Shown one piece after another: positions 51,673-61,914 of a stretch of 64,000 bases of DNA (positions within the stretch are counted from its first letter, which is position 1; the number at the start of each line of letters is the position of its first letter). The notes beneath the pieces are model-generated. The model saw nothing but the letters and a program-made list of their open reading frames with translations. It was not told where the DNA came from and searched no databases. Position numbers and translations under genes: made by a program. The stretch lies in NCBI GenBank assembly GCA_963812135.1, contig CAWETU010000005.1, forward strand, positions 64,001 through 128,000. The letters are read 5' to 3'. Source of the DNA: Vulcanimicrobiota bacterium. Lineage in GTDB: Bacteria > Vulcanimicrobiota > Vulcanimicrobiia > Eremiobacterales > Eremiobacteraceae.

Positions 51673-53121
51673 GTGCCGCCTCGCACCTCGAGCAAGAGCG
51701 CGCTCGACTTCATCAAGAAGTCCGGCGCGAAGATCGTCGACTTCAAGTTCATCGACATCCCTGGCATGTGGCAGCACACGTCGTTGCCTGCCGACGAGGT
51801 CGACGACGGCACGTTCGAACACGGCATCGGGTTCGACGGCTCGAGCATCCGTGGATTCCAAGAGATCCAAGAGAGCGACATGGTGCTGCTGCCCGATCCG
51901 CAGAGCGCCCGCACCGACGGCTTCTGCGCCATCCCGACCGCCTCGTTCGTGTGCGATGTCTTCGATCCGCGCACGCAGGCGCTGTACGATCGCGACCCTC
52001 GCAACATCGCGAAGCGCGCGCAGGCGTACCTCAAGAAGACCGGCATCGGCGACACGGCATATTTCGGACCCGAGCTTGAGTTCTACATCTTCGACCATGT
52101 CAGCTACGACAATCTCGCCTACATGAGCGGCTACGCGGTCGACTCTGAAGAAGCGCACTGGAATTCCGGCAACAACGAAGAGCCGAATCTGGGCTACACG
52201 TTGCGCCCGAAAGAAGGCTACTTCCCGGTCCAACCCTCCGACAAACACATGGACATCCGCTCGGAGATGGTGTTGACCCTCAAGGAGTGGGGCGTGCCGG
52301 TCGAGATGCACCATCACGAAGTGGCGACCGGCGGCCAGACCGAGATCGACATACGCTACAACACGCTGCTCCAGCAATCCGACAATGTGATGGTCTACAA
52401 ATACGTGACGCGCAACGTCGCCCGGCGCCACGGCAAGACGGTCACGTTCATGCCGAAGCCGCTGTTCGGCGACAACGGCTCGGGCATGCACGTCCACCAA
52501 AGCATCTGGAAGGCCGGCAAGAACCTCTTCTACGATGAGAAGGGCTACGCCGAAGTCTCCAAGCTCGCGCTGTACTACATCGGCGGGCTGCTGACGCACA
52601 TCGATTCGCTGCTCGCGCTGTGCGCGCCGACGACCAACTCGTACAAACGGCTCGTGCCGCACTACGAGGCGCCGGTCAACGTCGCGTTCTCGATGGGAAA
52701 CCGCTCCGCCGCGGTGCGCATCCCGATCTTCTTCAAAGGCCCGCGCTTCTCGAAGTCCAAACGCATCGAGTTCCGGCCGCCCGACCCGACCGCGAATCCC
52801 TACCTCGCGTTCTCCGCGATGCTCATGGCGGGCCTCGACGGCATCAAGCGCAAGATCGATCCGACCAAGGCGGGCTTCGGCCCGCTCGATAAGAACATCT
52901 ACGAGCTGCCGAAATCGGAAGCACGCCGCATCAAATCGGTTCCCGGCAGCCTCGACGCGACGCTCGACGCGCTCGAGCGCGACCACGACTTCATGCTCGA
53001 AGGCGGCGTGTTCTCAGAGGATCTGATCAAGACGTGGATCGAGTACAAGCGCGTCAAAGAAGTCCAAGAAGTCCGCATCAGGCCGACGCCATATGAATTC
53101 TACCTCTACTACGACCTATGA
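51673..53121 (+). CDS. glnA: Glutamine synthetase type I (GSI-beta, adenylylation Tyr present)
   Basis: FDGSSIRGF, GPELEF, HHEVA, FMPKP, YEAP...NRSAAVRIP, KNIYEL. Confidence 0.95.
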   Translation: MPPRTSSKSALDFIKKSGAKIVDFKFIDIPGMWQHTSLPADEVDDGTFEHGIGFDGSSIRGFQEIQESDMVLLPDPQSARTDGFCAIPTASFVCDVFDPRTQALYDRDPRNIAKRAQAYLKKTGIGDTAYFGPELEFYIFDHVSYDNLAYMSGYAVDSEEAHWNSGNNEEPNLGYTLRPKEGYFPVQPSDKHMDIRSEMVLTLKEWGVPVEMHHHEVATGGQTEIDIRYNTLLQQSDNVMVYKYVTRNVARRHGKTVTFMPKPLFGDNGSGMHVHQSIWKAGKNLFYDEKGYAEVSKLALYYIGGLLTHIDSLLALCAPTTNSYKRLVPHYEAPVNVAFSMGNRSAAVRIPIFFKGPRFSKSKRIEFRPPDPTANPYLAFSAMLMAGLDGIKRKIDPTKAGFGPLDKNIYELPKSEARRIKSVPGSLDATLDALERDHDFMLEGGVFSEDLIKTWIEYKRVKEVQEVRIRPTPYEFYLYYDL

Positions 53122-53588
53122 TGTAGGTCCCGGGCAAGAACCGGTCACGTTTCGGCGCGCGCGCGCCGATGACCGCGCTCCGGTGATCGAGCTCGTCTTC
53201 GACACGCTGCGCTCGTTCGACATCGAGCCCGACCCGCGGGGCTTGGATGCGGACGTGATGGAGTTCGGCGTCGCCGATCCGGCGATGGCCGAGTTCGTGG
53301 CGGAGACGGGCGGCGCAGTCGTCGGTTCGATCGCGCTGCGCGACCGTCGGCGACGGCACCGGCCACATCTCGAAGTTCTTCGTCCGCGAGGCGGTTCGGG
53401 GGCGGGGCATCGGACGCGTCTTGCTCGAGCTCTCGGTCGAAGAAGCCCGCGCTCGCGGGCTGCGCCGGCTCGACCTGTCGACGCGTTCCCAGTTCCATGC
53501 CGCCGTGCACCTCTACGAGTCCACCGGCTGGAAGCGCGGGCCCGATCCAACCGAGGCCTGCGACCGGACGTACGAGCTGGAGCTCTAA
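53093..53588 (+). CDS. GNAT acetyltransferase; apparent +1 frameshift near 53345-53348; start uncertain
   Basis: FVAETGGAVVGSIAL in one frame continues as HISKFFV...RGRGIGR...AVHLYESTGW in the next. Confidence 0.7.
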
Positions 53589-53624
53589 AGGGCGCTTCGT
53601 CGGTCGCGTTCAAGCTGAGGCGTG

Positions 53625-53729
53625 ATGGATAAACCGCCGAAATTGTGGCGCCTGCTGCTGCTGCTCGCCCTCGCCATCGTCGCCATCTACTGGCTGCACC
53701 ACTATGCCGTGCTCAACGGTGCGCGTTGA
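53625..53729 (+). CDS. Putative 34-aa single-TM small protein
   Basis: GAGG RBS; MDKPPKLWRLLLLLALAIVAIYWLHHYAVLNGAR; stop overlaps the TTG start of the next gene. Confidence 0.5.
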   Translation: MDKPPKLWRLLLLLALAIVAIYWLHHYAVLNGAR

Positions 53730-55062
53730 ATCCGGACATCTTCAAGAGCTACGACATCCGCGGCATCTACCCCACCGAGCTCAACGAACGAGATCGCGCA
53801 GCGCATCGGGCGCGCGTTCGTCGAGTTCATGCATCCGCGCGCGGTCGCGGTCGGACGCGACATGCGCCTTTCGTCGTTGCCCCTCTTCCAAGCGTTCGCC
53901 GAGGGGGTCATGCTGCAAGGCGCCGATGTGATCGACCTCGGGCTGACCTCGACCGACGAGCTGTATTTCGCCGTCGGTCATTTCGGCTATCCTGCGGGCA
54001 CGATGATCACCGCCTCGCACAACCCCAAGGATTATAACGGCTTTAAGTTGTGCCGCGAAAACGCGATACCGTTGTCGAGCGAGACAGGCGTCTTCGCGAT
54101 CCGCGATCTCGCGCTGGCGGATGCGTTCGTGCCCGCGCCTAAGCGCGGCACGATGGCGGCCCAGGATCCGCTGCCCGCCTTCGTCGAGCATTGTTTGTCG
54201 TTCATCGACGTGAATGCGATCAAACCGCTCAAGATCGTCGTCGATGCCGGCAATGGCATGGCCGGACTCATCGTGCCAGAGATCTTCAAGCGCCTTCCGG
54301 TCCAGCTCATCCCGCTCTACTTCGAGCTGGACGGCTCGTTTCCGAACCATCCCGCAAGTCCGATCGAGCCCGAGAACATGGTGGCGCTGCAAAGCGCGGT
54401 GGTGAAACACGGCGCGGATCTTGGCGCCGCGTTCGACGGCGACGCCGATCGCGTCTTCATCACCGACGAGCGCGGCACGCTGGTCGGCGGTGACATGGTC
54501 ACGGCACTGGTCGCGAAGAACCTGCTGCGCGGCAAGCCCGGCGCGAAGATCCTCTACAATCTGATCTCCTCGCGCAGCGTGCCCGAGGTGATCATCGCGA
54601 ACGGCGGTGTGCCGATCCGCACCCGCGTCGGCCACTCGTATATCAAAGCGATCATGCGCGACGAAAATGCGATCTTCGGCGGCGAGCACTCGGGACATTT
54701 CTATTTCCGCGACAACTACTTCGCGGATTCCGGCTCTGATCGCGCTGCTCGTCGTGCTCGAATTGCTGTCGGTCGAGGGTAAGCGCGTCAGCGAGCTGTT
54801 GCGGCCGCTCGACACGCGCGTGCGCAGCGGCGAGATCAACTCACACGTGCGCGATGCAGGCGCGAAGATGGCCGCGTTGGAGCAGATCTACTCCGACGCG
54901 ACGATCGACCACCTCGACGGTCTGACGATCCAGTATCCGGATTGGTGGGCCAACGTGCGGCCCTCGAACACCGAGCCGCTGTTGCGACTCAACGTCGAAG
55001 CGAACGATCCCGCGACGCTCGCCGCCAAGTGCGACGCGCTGTTGTCGATCATCCGGAACTAG
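53726..55062 (+). CDS. Phosphomannomutase/phosphoglucomutase; two apparent +1 frameshifts (~53789, ~54734)
   Basis: IFKSYDIRG; TASHNP, FDGDADR, GEHSGH; then SGEIN...DG...WWANVRPSNTEP. Confidence 0.88.
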
Positions 55063-55070
55063 CGGCGTCC

Positions 55071-56294
55071 GTGTCGGGGTTCGGGCGCTACCGCACGCTC
55101 CTCTCCAACCGCGGGGTCGTGCTGCTGGTGAGCGCGCAGATATTCGCGCGCGTCGGCGAGCAGTTCGTCGTCATCGGCTTGTTATGGGAAGCGCTCGACC
55201 TGACGCACAGCTCGGCGGCGGCCGGCATCATGCTCGGCGCCTATACCGGCGGCGTCATCGTCGCGGGTTTTTTCGCCGCGTCGCTGCTCGATCGTTATCC
55301 GCGCAAGCCGCTCATGCTCGCCGACAACGCCATTCGCGTCGTGTGCATGGGCGCGCTCGCGTGGGCCGGCATCGCGCACGCGCTGAACATCTGGGTGCTC
55401 GTCATCTTGGCGTGCATCGCGGCGATGGCGAGCGCGATCACGATCGTGGGTACCCGCGTGTATCTGCCGACGATGGTCCCCGGAGAACTGGTCGTCACCG
55501 CGTTCGCGGTCGATTCGTCGCTCTACCATATCGCCGGCATCGCTGGTCCGGCGCTCGCAGGTCTCGTGACAGGTCGCTTCGGCGCGAGCTATTCGCTGGC
55601 CGTCGCCGCGCTTTGCTTTTTACTGTTCGTGGCGATCGCAGCGTTCATCCCCACTGGCGCCATCGATGCGGGCATCCCGCCACAGGCGCGCGAGATCTCG
55701 CTCTCCGAAGAGCTCGGCGGGGCACGCTACATCATCAACCAGCCCGTGCTGCGCGCGGTCACGCTGCTCGTCGTGGTCTGCAACTTCTTCTTCACCGTAG
55801 GGATCGTCGCGCTCGCATTCCTGAGCAAGGACGCGTTCAACGCGGGGCCGCTCGGCCAAGGGATCATGCTCGCCGCGTTGGCGGTCGGTGCGCTCATCTC
55901 TAGCCTCGCGATCGGCAGCGGACGCTGGCCGTATCCGCGAGGCGCATCGCTCATCGCATCGAGCGTATTGCTGGGCATCTTGCTCGCCGTGCTCGGGCTG
56001 GCGCCCTCGCTGCCGGTGGCGTGCGTCATCCTTTTCGTCACCGGTCTCGTCGATGCGGCGTTCTTCGTCTGGATGTCCGAGCTACGCCAGCGGATCCCGC
56101 CTCCCGAGCTGCTTGCACGGACGATCAGCGCCTCGATGATCCTCAACGTGATCTCGTTTCCGTTCGCCAGCGCGGCGGCCGGATTCGCCGTCAGCGCGAT
56201 AAATGCGCGCCGCACGTTTGAGGTGGCCGGCGTCCTCATGGCGCTGTACTCCCTGCTGTTCGTCAGGAATAAGGCGCTGCGGACCGCCCCATAG
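55071..56294 (+). CDS. MFS transporter
   Basis: About 12 hydrophobic segments; LLDRYPRK motif A-like. Confidence 0.85.
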   Translation: MSGFGRYRTLLSNRGVVLLVSAQIFARVGEQFVVIGLLWEALDLTHSSAAAGIMLGAYTGGVIVAGFFAASLLDRYPRKPLMLADNAIRVVCMGALAWAGIAHALNIWVLVILACIAAMASAITIVGTRVYLPTMVPGELVVTAFAVDSSLYHIAGIAGPALAGLVTGRFGASYSLAVAALCFLLFVAIAAFIPTGAIDAGIPPQAREISLSEELGGARYIINQPVLRAVTLLVVVCNFFFTVGIVALAFLSKDAFNAGPLGQGIMLAALAVGALISSLAIGSGRWPYPRGASLIASSVLLGILLAVLGLAPSLPVACVILFVTGLVDAAFFVWMSELRQRIPPPELLARTISASMILNVISFPFASAAAGFAVSAINARRTFEVAGVLMALYSLLFVRNKALRTAP

Positions 56295-56333
56295 GGCGCG
56301 GAATCGGCGACTCGATCGCCAAAGTCTGGGGCT

Positions 56334-57449
56334 ATGGACGGACGGACGCTCGGCCATGCATTGCTGGCGATCGGCGACGGCACGTCGCATCAGGGCTCGA
56401 TCCGCATCGAAAACGGCTTGATCGCGCGCCTTGACGACGGCCCGCATCATCTCGACTATGAGTTGCCGTTCGGCAGCACCATCACGCCTGGGTTGATCGA
56501 CCTGCACGTCAATGGCGCGGCCGGTCATTGGTTCAACCGCCACCCGCTCGAAGCGATGCGCACGCTGTCGACCAGCGGCCTGCGCTGCGGGCTTACCGCG
56601 TACTTGCCGACGATCATCACCGGCCCGTGGGATCAGATGCTGCGCGCGGCGTCTGAGATCTATCGCCACATGGAGCTACCGTCCGACGGCGCCCGCGCGA
56701 TCGGCGTGCATTTCGAAGGGCCGTTCCTCAACCCGGAGTACCGCCGCTTCCATCCGCTGGAGCATCTCTTGATGCCCACGCCTGCAAGGATCGAGGCGCT
56801 GCTCCGAGCGTGGACCGGCGGCCGCTGCCGCGTGACGATGGCGCCGGAGCTGCCCGAGGCTGCGCGCGCTGCCGCCGAACTGAGCAGACGCGGCGTCATC
56901 CTCTCGGCCGGACATACCGCGGCGACCTTCGCCGAAGGTCTGGAAGCGATCGACGCCGGCTACCGCATCCTGACGCACTCCTTCAATGCGATGCCCGGCC
57001 TGCATCATCGCGCTTCTTCTATCTTAGTGGCGTACATGCTCGACCCAGCCGCGTTCTGTGAGGTCATCGCTGACGGCGCACACGTATCGCCCGAACACGT
57101 CGCGCTGCTCTATCGCCTGAAAGGGCTCAACCTCGTGCTGGCCACCGACGCGATGCCGTTGACGGAAGGACTCGTCGAGGATGGCGGCGTCGTGCGCGAT
57201 CTCGACGGCGTGATCGCCGGCAGCAACCTGCGGCCCGACGAGGCGGTGCGCAATCTCATGCGCGCGACGGGCGTGTCGCTGGCTGAAGCCGTCGTGTCTG
57301 CGACGTGGGCGCCGGCCCGCGCGATCGGTTTGGATTCGGAGATCGGAATGCTGCGCGAAGGGCTGCGCGCGGACCTGACGGTGTGGGATCGCCACAACCG
57401 CATTTCTCACGTCTTCGTCGGCGGCAAGCAAGTCTACACGAACGACTGA
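56334..57449 (+). CDS. nagA: N-acetylglucosamine-6-phosphate deacetylase
   Basis: PGLIDLHVNG, HFEGPF, MAPE, GHT, THSFNAM, IADGAH, TDA. Confidence 0.88.
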   Translation: MDGRTLGHALLAIGDGTSHQGSIRIENGLIARLDDGPHHLDYELPFGSTITPGLIDLHVNGAAGHWFNRHPLEAMRTLSTSGLRCGLTAYLPTIITGPWDQMLRAASEIYRHMELPSDGARAIGVHFEGPFLNPEYRRFHPLEHLLMPTPARIEALLRAWTGGRCRVTMAPELPEAARAAAELSRRGVILSAGHTAATFAEGLEAIDAGYRILTHSFNAMPGLHHRASSILVAYMLDPAAFCEVIADGAHVSPEHVALLYRLKGLNLVLATDAMPLTEGLVEDGGVVRDLDGVIAGSNLRPDEAVRNLMRATGVSLAEAVVSATWAPARAIGLDSEIGMLREGLRADLTVWDRHNRISHVFVGGKQVYTND

Positions 57450-57467
57450 GCCTGCCGCACTTCGCTT

Positions 57468-58496
57468 CTAGAGCGCGACGATTTCGCCGACGACGGTACC
57501 TGCATAGTTCTTGATCTTCGGATCCGCGTGGCGGGCGAGCGCAGCCGCCTGCGCGCGGCTGAGGACGTCATGCTGTACGAGCGTCTTCGTGACGAACGGG
57601 GCGATCGCGCGATAATTCCCGTCAGCGACCTTGACGGTCATGCCGAGCCGCTGTACGAGCGCCGCGGTCGCATGATAACCCTCCGCGCCGCCCTTGCACG
57701 CGATCGCGCCAGCACCGGCGGTCATGAGATCGGTATCGAAGCGCCCGGTCCCGGCAACGTATTGCGGAAACGCGGTCATGGCGCCGACGACTCGACGGAT
57801 GGGCTCGCGCCACGCCGCGGGAAAACGTTCGGGCTCGGAAAAGCGCGCGAAGCACACCGCTGCGGCGCGCATCGGCACGCCGATCACCGGAATGCCGCAG
57901 CCGTCGACGCCGACCACCATCGAATCCGGTGCGACGCCGAGCAACGCAGCGCATCCCATGAGGATCTCGACTTGCGCCGGATGATCGGCTGCGAGGTATC
58001 CTTCGGGCGCCGCGCCGCGGAAGACGGCGAGCGCCAAGATCGCCGCGTGCTTGCCCGAACAGTTATTGTGGATCGCGCTCGGCGTTTCGCCCGCGGCCGC
58101 GAGCGCTTTCGCGGACGGCTCGTGCAGGGGTGGGTGCGGTCCGCATGCGAGCGCGCGTTCGGAGAGTCCGATCTTAGCGAGCATGCTGCGTACGGCCGCG
58201 ACGTGGTACGCTTCTCCGCTGTGCGAACCCGCCGCCACGGCGAGTTCTTGGTCGGTGAACCCGAAATGGTCTGCCGCGCCGGACCCCACGACCGCCGCGC
58301 AGATCAGCGGCTTCGCTGACGAGCGCATGAACGCCGGCCCATCGATGTCGCCGACCGACGACACGATCGCGCCATCCGGCCGCGCGAGCGCGTGGCGGAG
58401 GAAGTGCTCGCTTTCGACGATGCCGGCGCGCGTGACGACGACAGCGGGAGCACTGCCGGTATCGAACGGCGTCAGATGGTGATGCGCGTCGCTCAA
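57468..58496 (-). CDS. L-asparaginase II (Rhizobium-type) family
   Basis: VESEH, RSSAKP, SHSGE, NCSGKH, DGCG, KGGAEG, KVADG; start uncertain. Confidence 0.85.
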   Translation of the reverse strand: MSDAHHHLTPFDTGSAPAVVVTRAGIVESEHFLRHALARPDGAIVSSVGDIDGPAFMRSSAKPLICAAVVGSGAADHFGFTDQELAVAAGSHSGEAYHVAAVRSMLAKIGLSERALACGPHPPLHEPSAKALAAAGETPSAIHNNCSGKHAAILALAVFRGAAPEGYLAADHPAQVEILMGCAALLGVAPDSMVVGVDGCGIPVIGVPMRAAAVCFARFSEPERFPAAWREPIRRVVGAMTAFPQYVAGTGRFDTDLMTAGAGAIACKGGAEGYHATAALVQRLGMTVKVADGNYRAIAPFVTKTLVQHDVLSRAQAAALARHADPKIKNYAGTVVGEIVAL

Positions 58497-58583
58497 GGCC
58501 ACCGCTCGTTCGCAGCGCGTCCGCGCAAAGCCTCGATGCGCCGCAAAGGTCGCACCTACTGCGTCCAAGAAACCACGGGCGCC

Positions 58584-59633
58584 ATGTCGTGGGAACCGGT
58601 GAATCCGCCCGCGGCGGCGCCTTCTGGGGCCGCCGCCTTTCGCCCGTTGAGCATCGGCGAGCTCTTCGACCGCGCGTTTTCGATCTATTTCCGCCACATG
58701 TTGACGTTCGCCGCCGTCTTGTTCGTGGCGACCGTGCCGTATGCGCTCATCGCGTTGCTGCAGATCTACATGCAGCGCGACGTACTCGACGCGTACACCT
58801 CCCTGCTCGACGGATTCATCAAGCATCCGGGCACGCCGCCCGACCTGTCCAAGATCGCCAGCGCGGCCTCGGCGCAAGATCCGATGACGATGGTCTATGC
58901 GTATCTGCTGGCGGGCTTGGGGTACATCGTCATCTTGTTCGTCCTCCCGCTCGCGAATGCGGCGGTCGTGTCAGGCGTGTCGCGAGCGTATCTCGGGTTG
59001 CCGGTGCGTTTTCGCCAGTGCTACGAAGACGCGTTCAAACGCTGGGGCTACGTCTTGCTGCTCACGCTGGTGTGGCTCGGCGTGCTGATACCGGTGATGT
59101 TCGTCGCGTTTTTCGTGTTCATCATACTGGTGCTCGTGATCGCCGCTTTCGCAGGTGCGCTCGGCACGGCCGGCGCCATCATCGGATCGATCATCGGCAT
59201 CGCGTGCTTCTTCGCGTTCTTCGTGGTGATCGTCATGGGATACATGGCTTTCGCCTCGTCGTTCATCGCGTGCGTGCTCGAGAAGGCGGACCCGATCCGG
59301 GCGTTCGTGCTCGGCATCACGCGCATCTTCGGCGAGGGCATGTTCTGGCGCTCGCTACTGGTGGCGCTCTCGATCGCGTGCGTCTACGTCGGCTATGTCC
59401 TCGTGGCGGCCATCCTCGCGGTCCTCGTGTTGTACCTCACGAAATCGTTCTACTTGTACTTCGCCGTCGCCCAGCTCATGAATCTCTTCTACGTCGCGTT
59501 CGCGTTCGTCATCGTCTCGATCTACTATTACGATACGCGCATCCGCCGCGAAGGCTTCGATATCCAGATGCTCGCGGATCAGCTCGCCGCCACGAAGACA
59601 GACAAGGCGACCCCGCCGGCGGCCACGACGTGA
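58584..59633 (+). CDS. Polytopic membrane protein of the MoxR-associated operon
   Basis: FRPLSIGELFDRAF N-terminus and YYDTRIRREGFDI C-terminus. Confidence 0.75.
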   Translation: MSWEPVNPPAAAPSGAAAFRPLSIGELFDRAFSIYFRHMLTFAAVLFVATVPYALIALLQIYMQRDVLDAYTSLLDGFIKHPGTPPDLSKIASAASAQDPMTMVYAYLLAGLGYIVILFVLPLANAAVVSGVSRAYLGLPVRFRQCYEDAFKRWGYVLLLTLVWLGVLIPVMFVAFFVFIILVLVIAAFAGALGTAGAIIGSIIGIACFFAFFVVIVMGYMAFASSFIACVLEKADPIRAFVLGITRIFGEGMFWRSLLVALSIACVYVGYVLVAAILAVLVLYLTKSFYLYFAVAQLMNLFYVAFAFVIVSIYYYDTRIRREGFDIQMLADQLAATKTDKATPPAATT

Positions 59634-60682
59634 ACCGCGCCGGCGCGCCGGTCCGCGCCAGCATCATCGCCGGCTGCACGGTATTCGCGTTCGTTTTCGC
59701 GGCGGCCGGTCAAGCGCGCGCGGATGACGGTCGAATAAATTCGACCGCTACGTACGCTGGAGAGCTCGCAACGGCGGCGAAGACGCTCGACGACGCCGCT
59801 AACGGACAACGCGCCGGTGCACCAGTGCCCACGCTGCACGTGCCGCCGGCGCCTTTGCCGGGGCCGCCCCGTTTCTCGCCGTCGCTCGACGGCTGGCTGC
59901 AACAGAACCTCACCACCGCACGGGAAGAAAAGGATGCGACGCGGCGCGCGAAGCTGCTGCGCGACACCGCGACGTCGCTGCGCTTGGCCGCGCACGACGC
60001 GGCGGCGCCGCCTGCCGGCGATCCAACGCATGCGCTCGGGTCCACGCTCGCCGCGATCCTCGCGCAGCCGGCGTATCACGAAGCCGAGTCGTCCACCGAG
60101 GCCGCACCGCACAAGACGTGGTGGGACCGCTTTATCGAATGGCTCGCCGGTCTGTTCGAGAATCTCTTCGAAGGCGTGTTCAAGGTGACGGCCGGCGTGC
60201 CGCTGCTCGGCCAGATCATCGTCGGGATCACGATCGCGGTCTTCGCGTTGCTCGTCGTGTTCATCGCTTACCGCCTGGCAAAACACCTGATCCGCACGCG
60301 CCAGGCGCGGCAAGATTCCGATGTCGGCGATCTGCTGGAGCAACGCGCGGAATCAGACGAGCTGTTGAGGCGTGCGCGCGCAGCTGCGGCCAGCGGCGAG
60401 TATGCGCTCGCGATCTCGCTCGCGTTCCGCGCGGCGTTGCGCCGGCTTGACGCCGGCGGCGTGATCGCCTACGATTCGGCGCGCACCGCGGGCGAGTATC
60501 GGCGAGCCGTACGGCGCACCTGCGCCCCCGCTGCGCAGCCGTTCGACGAGCTGGCGCACACGTTCACGCTCGCGACGTACGCCGAAGCTCCGGTCGAGGA
60601 GCGCGACTGGCAGACCGTCGACGACGCCTATGGCCGCTTCGATCCGGCGGTGCCGAAGCGCGGCGTGGGAACACCGGTATGA
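59630..60682 (+). CDS. DUF4129-like membrane protein
   Basis: Signal peptide, TM helix, AISLAFRAALRRLD...RTAGEY...F....Y pattern; GTG start overlaps the previous stop. Confidence 0.7.
   Translation: MNRAGAPVRASIIAGCTVFAFVFAAAGQARADDGRINSTATYAGELATAAKTLDDAANGQRAGAPVPTLHVPPAPLPGPPRFSPSLDGWLQQNLTTAREEKDATRRAKLLRDTATSLRLAAHDAAAPPAGDPTHALGSTLAAILAQPAYHEAESSTEAAPHKTWWDRFIEWLAGLFENLFEGVFKVTAGVPLLGQIIVGITIAVFALLVVFIAYRLAKHLIRTRQARQDSDVGDLLEQRAESDELLRRARAAAASGEYALAISLAFRAALRRLDAGGVIAYDSARTAGEYRRAVRRTCAPAAQPFDELAHTFTLATYAEAPVEERDWQTVDDAYGRFDPAVPKRGVGTPV
59727..59751 (-). repeat. REP-like palindrome, copy 5, inside a coding sequence
   Basis: Perfect GTAG-CGGTCGAATTTATTCGACCG-T on the minus strand, read in frame on the plus strand as GRINSTAT. 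Confidence 0.85.
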
Positions 60683-61914
60683 ACGCCCGCCAGTTTCCTT
60701 GGACCGAGGTCATCGTGCTCGCGCTCGCCGCGAGTCTGGTCATGGTCTTGATGTACGTGGGCTACAAACGGCAGCTGGCGACGGCACCGCGCTACGACAC
60801 ATTCTCGTCGTTCGACGCCCATTCAGGCGGCTACCGTGCGTGGTTCGAACTGCTGAGCCGCGAGGGCACGCGCGTCGTGCGCTTCCAGCAGCGGCCTGCG
60901 TTCCTCGACGCGTCGATCGGCACGCTTATCGCATCCCCGAGCTACCGCGAACTCTTGCTGCGGATGGAGCGCACAAAAGACGAGACCGGCCGGCTGCAGG
61001 ACATCGATTTTGATAACCTGCGCACTTGGGTGCAGAACGGCGGACGCCTGATCTGGGTGACGGACCACACGTGGGATGCCAACCTCGGCGTTGTGACCAG
61101 TGCGAATCCGAGTCAGGAGGGCGACGCGGCGGTCACGGTCGCGATCGCGCCCGAGACGAATGGCGTGAATGCCGTCGCCGGCGTCGACAAGTTGCGAGTG
61201 CCGTTCAGTTCCCGCTTCTACACGCCGCTCATCGCCGACAGCGGCGGCGCGGTCGTCGCCAAACGACGTCTCGGCAAGGGCACGATCATCGTCATCACCG
61301 ATCAGAGCCTGTTCGTCAACAAGCGGCTCCTCAACGCGGACAACGCTCGCCTTGCGTACGACCTCGCGGGCGGCGGATCGCACGGCACCGTCGCGTTCGA
61401 CGAGTACCTGCACGGCTATGCGGCGGGCTCGTCGTGGTGGACCATCCTGCCGGCGCCCGTGCGTGCCGCGGTGATCATCGCAGGCGCGGGGCTGCTGCTG
61501 CTGTTGCTCGGCGTGACGTTCCGCTTCGGACCGACCGCGCGGCTGCCGGACACCAGCGAGCGGACGTCGGCGGAATATCTCTCGTCGATGGCGCATCTGC
61601 TGGCCCGTGGCGGCGCCGCGCGCAAGGCCCTGCGCGATCTGGTCGACGTGACGCTGCACGAAGTCGCCGGCGGACTCGGCCTCTCGGAGCGCGCATCGAT
61701 CGACGACATCGTCGCGCGGTTGCGGTTCGGCGACAGCGGCGAGGAACGGGCCGCCCAGATGCAAGAGCTCAAAGCGTTGCGCGCGCTCGCGCAGCCGACC
61801 GACAAGGACCTCCTGCGCGCGGCACAGCTGTGCGCGACGTTACGAAAGGAATACTCGCGATATGGCCGCATCGGCTTCGGTCGTCGCGCAGCGCCTATCC
61901 GGCGGACTGCGTAA
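60679..61914 (+). CDS. DUF4350-like membrane protein
   Basis: SSFDAHSGGYRAW, WVQNGGRL, GKG, LFVN...DNA, FDEYLHG, RFGP. Confidence 0.7.
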   Translation: MNARQFPWTEVIVLALAASLVMVLMYVGYKRQLATAPRYDTFSSFDAHSGGYRAWFELLSREGTRVVRFQQRPAFLDASIGTLIASPSYRELLLRMERTKDETGRLQDIDFDNLRTWVQNGGRLIWVTDHTWDANLGVVTSANPSQEGDAAVTVAIAPETNGVNAVAGVDKLRVPFSSRFYTPLIADSGGAVVAKRRLGKGTIIVITDQSLFVNKRLLNADNARLAYDLAGGGSHGTVAFDEYLHGYAAGSSWWTILPAPVRAAVIIAGAGLLLLLLGVTFRFGPTARLPDTSERTSAEYLSSMAHLLARGGAARKALRDLVDVTLHEVAGGLGLSERASIDDIVARLRFGDSGEERAAQMQELKALRALAQPTDKDLLRAAQLCATLRKEYSRYGRIGFGRRAAPIRRTA

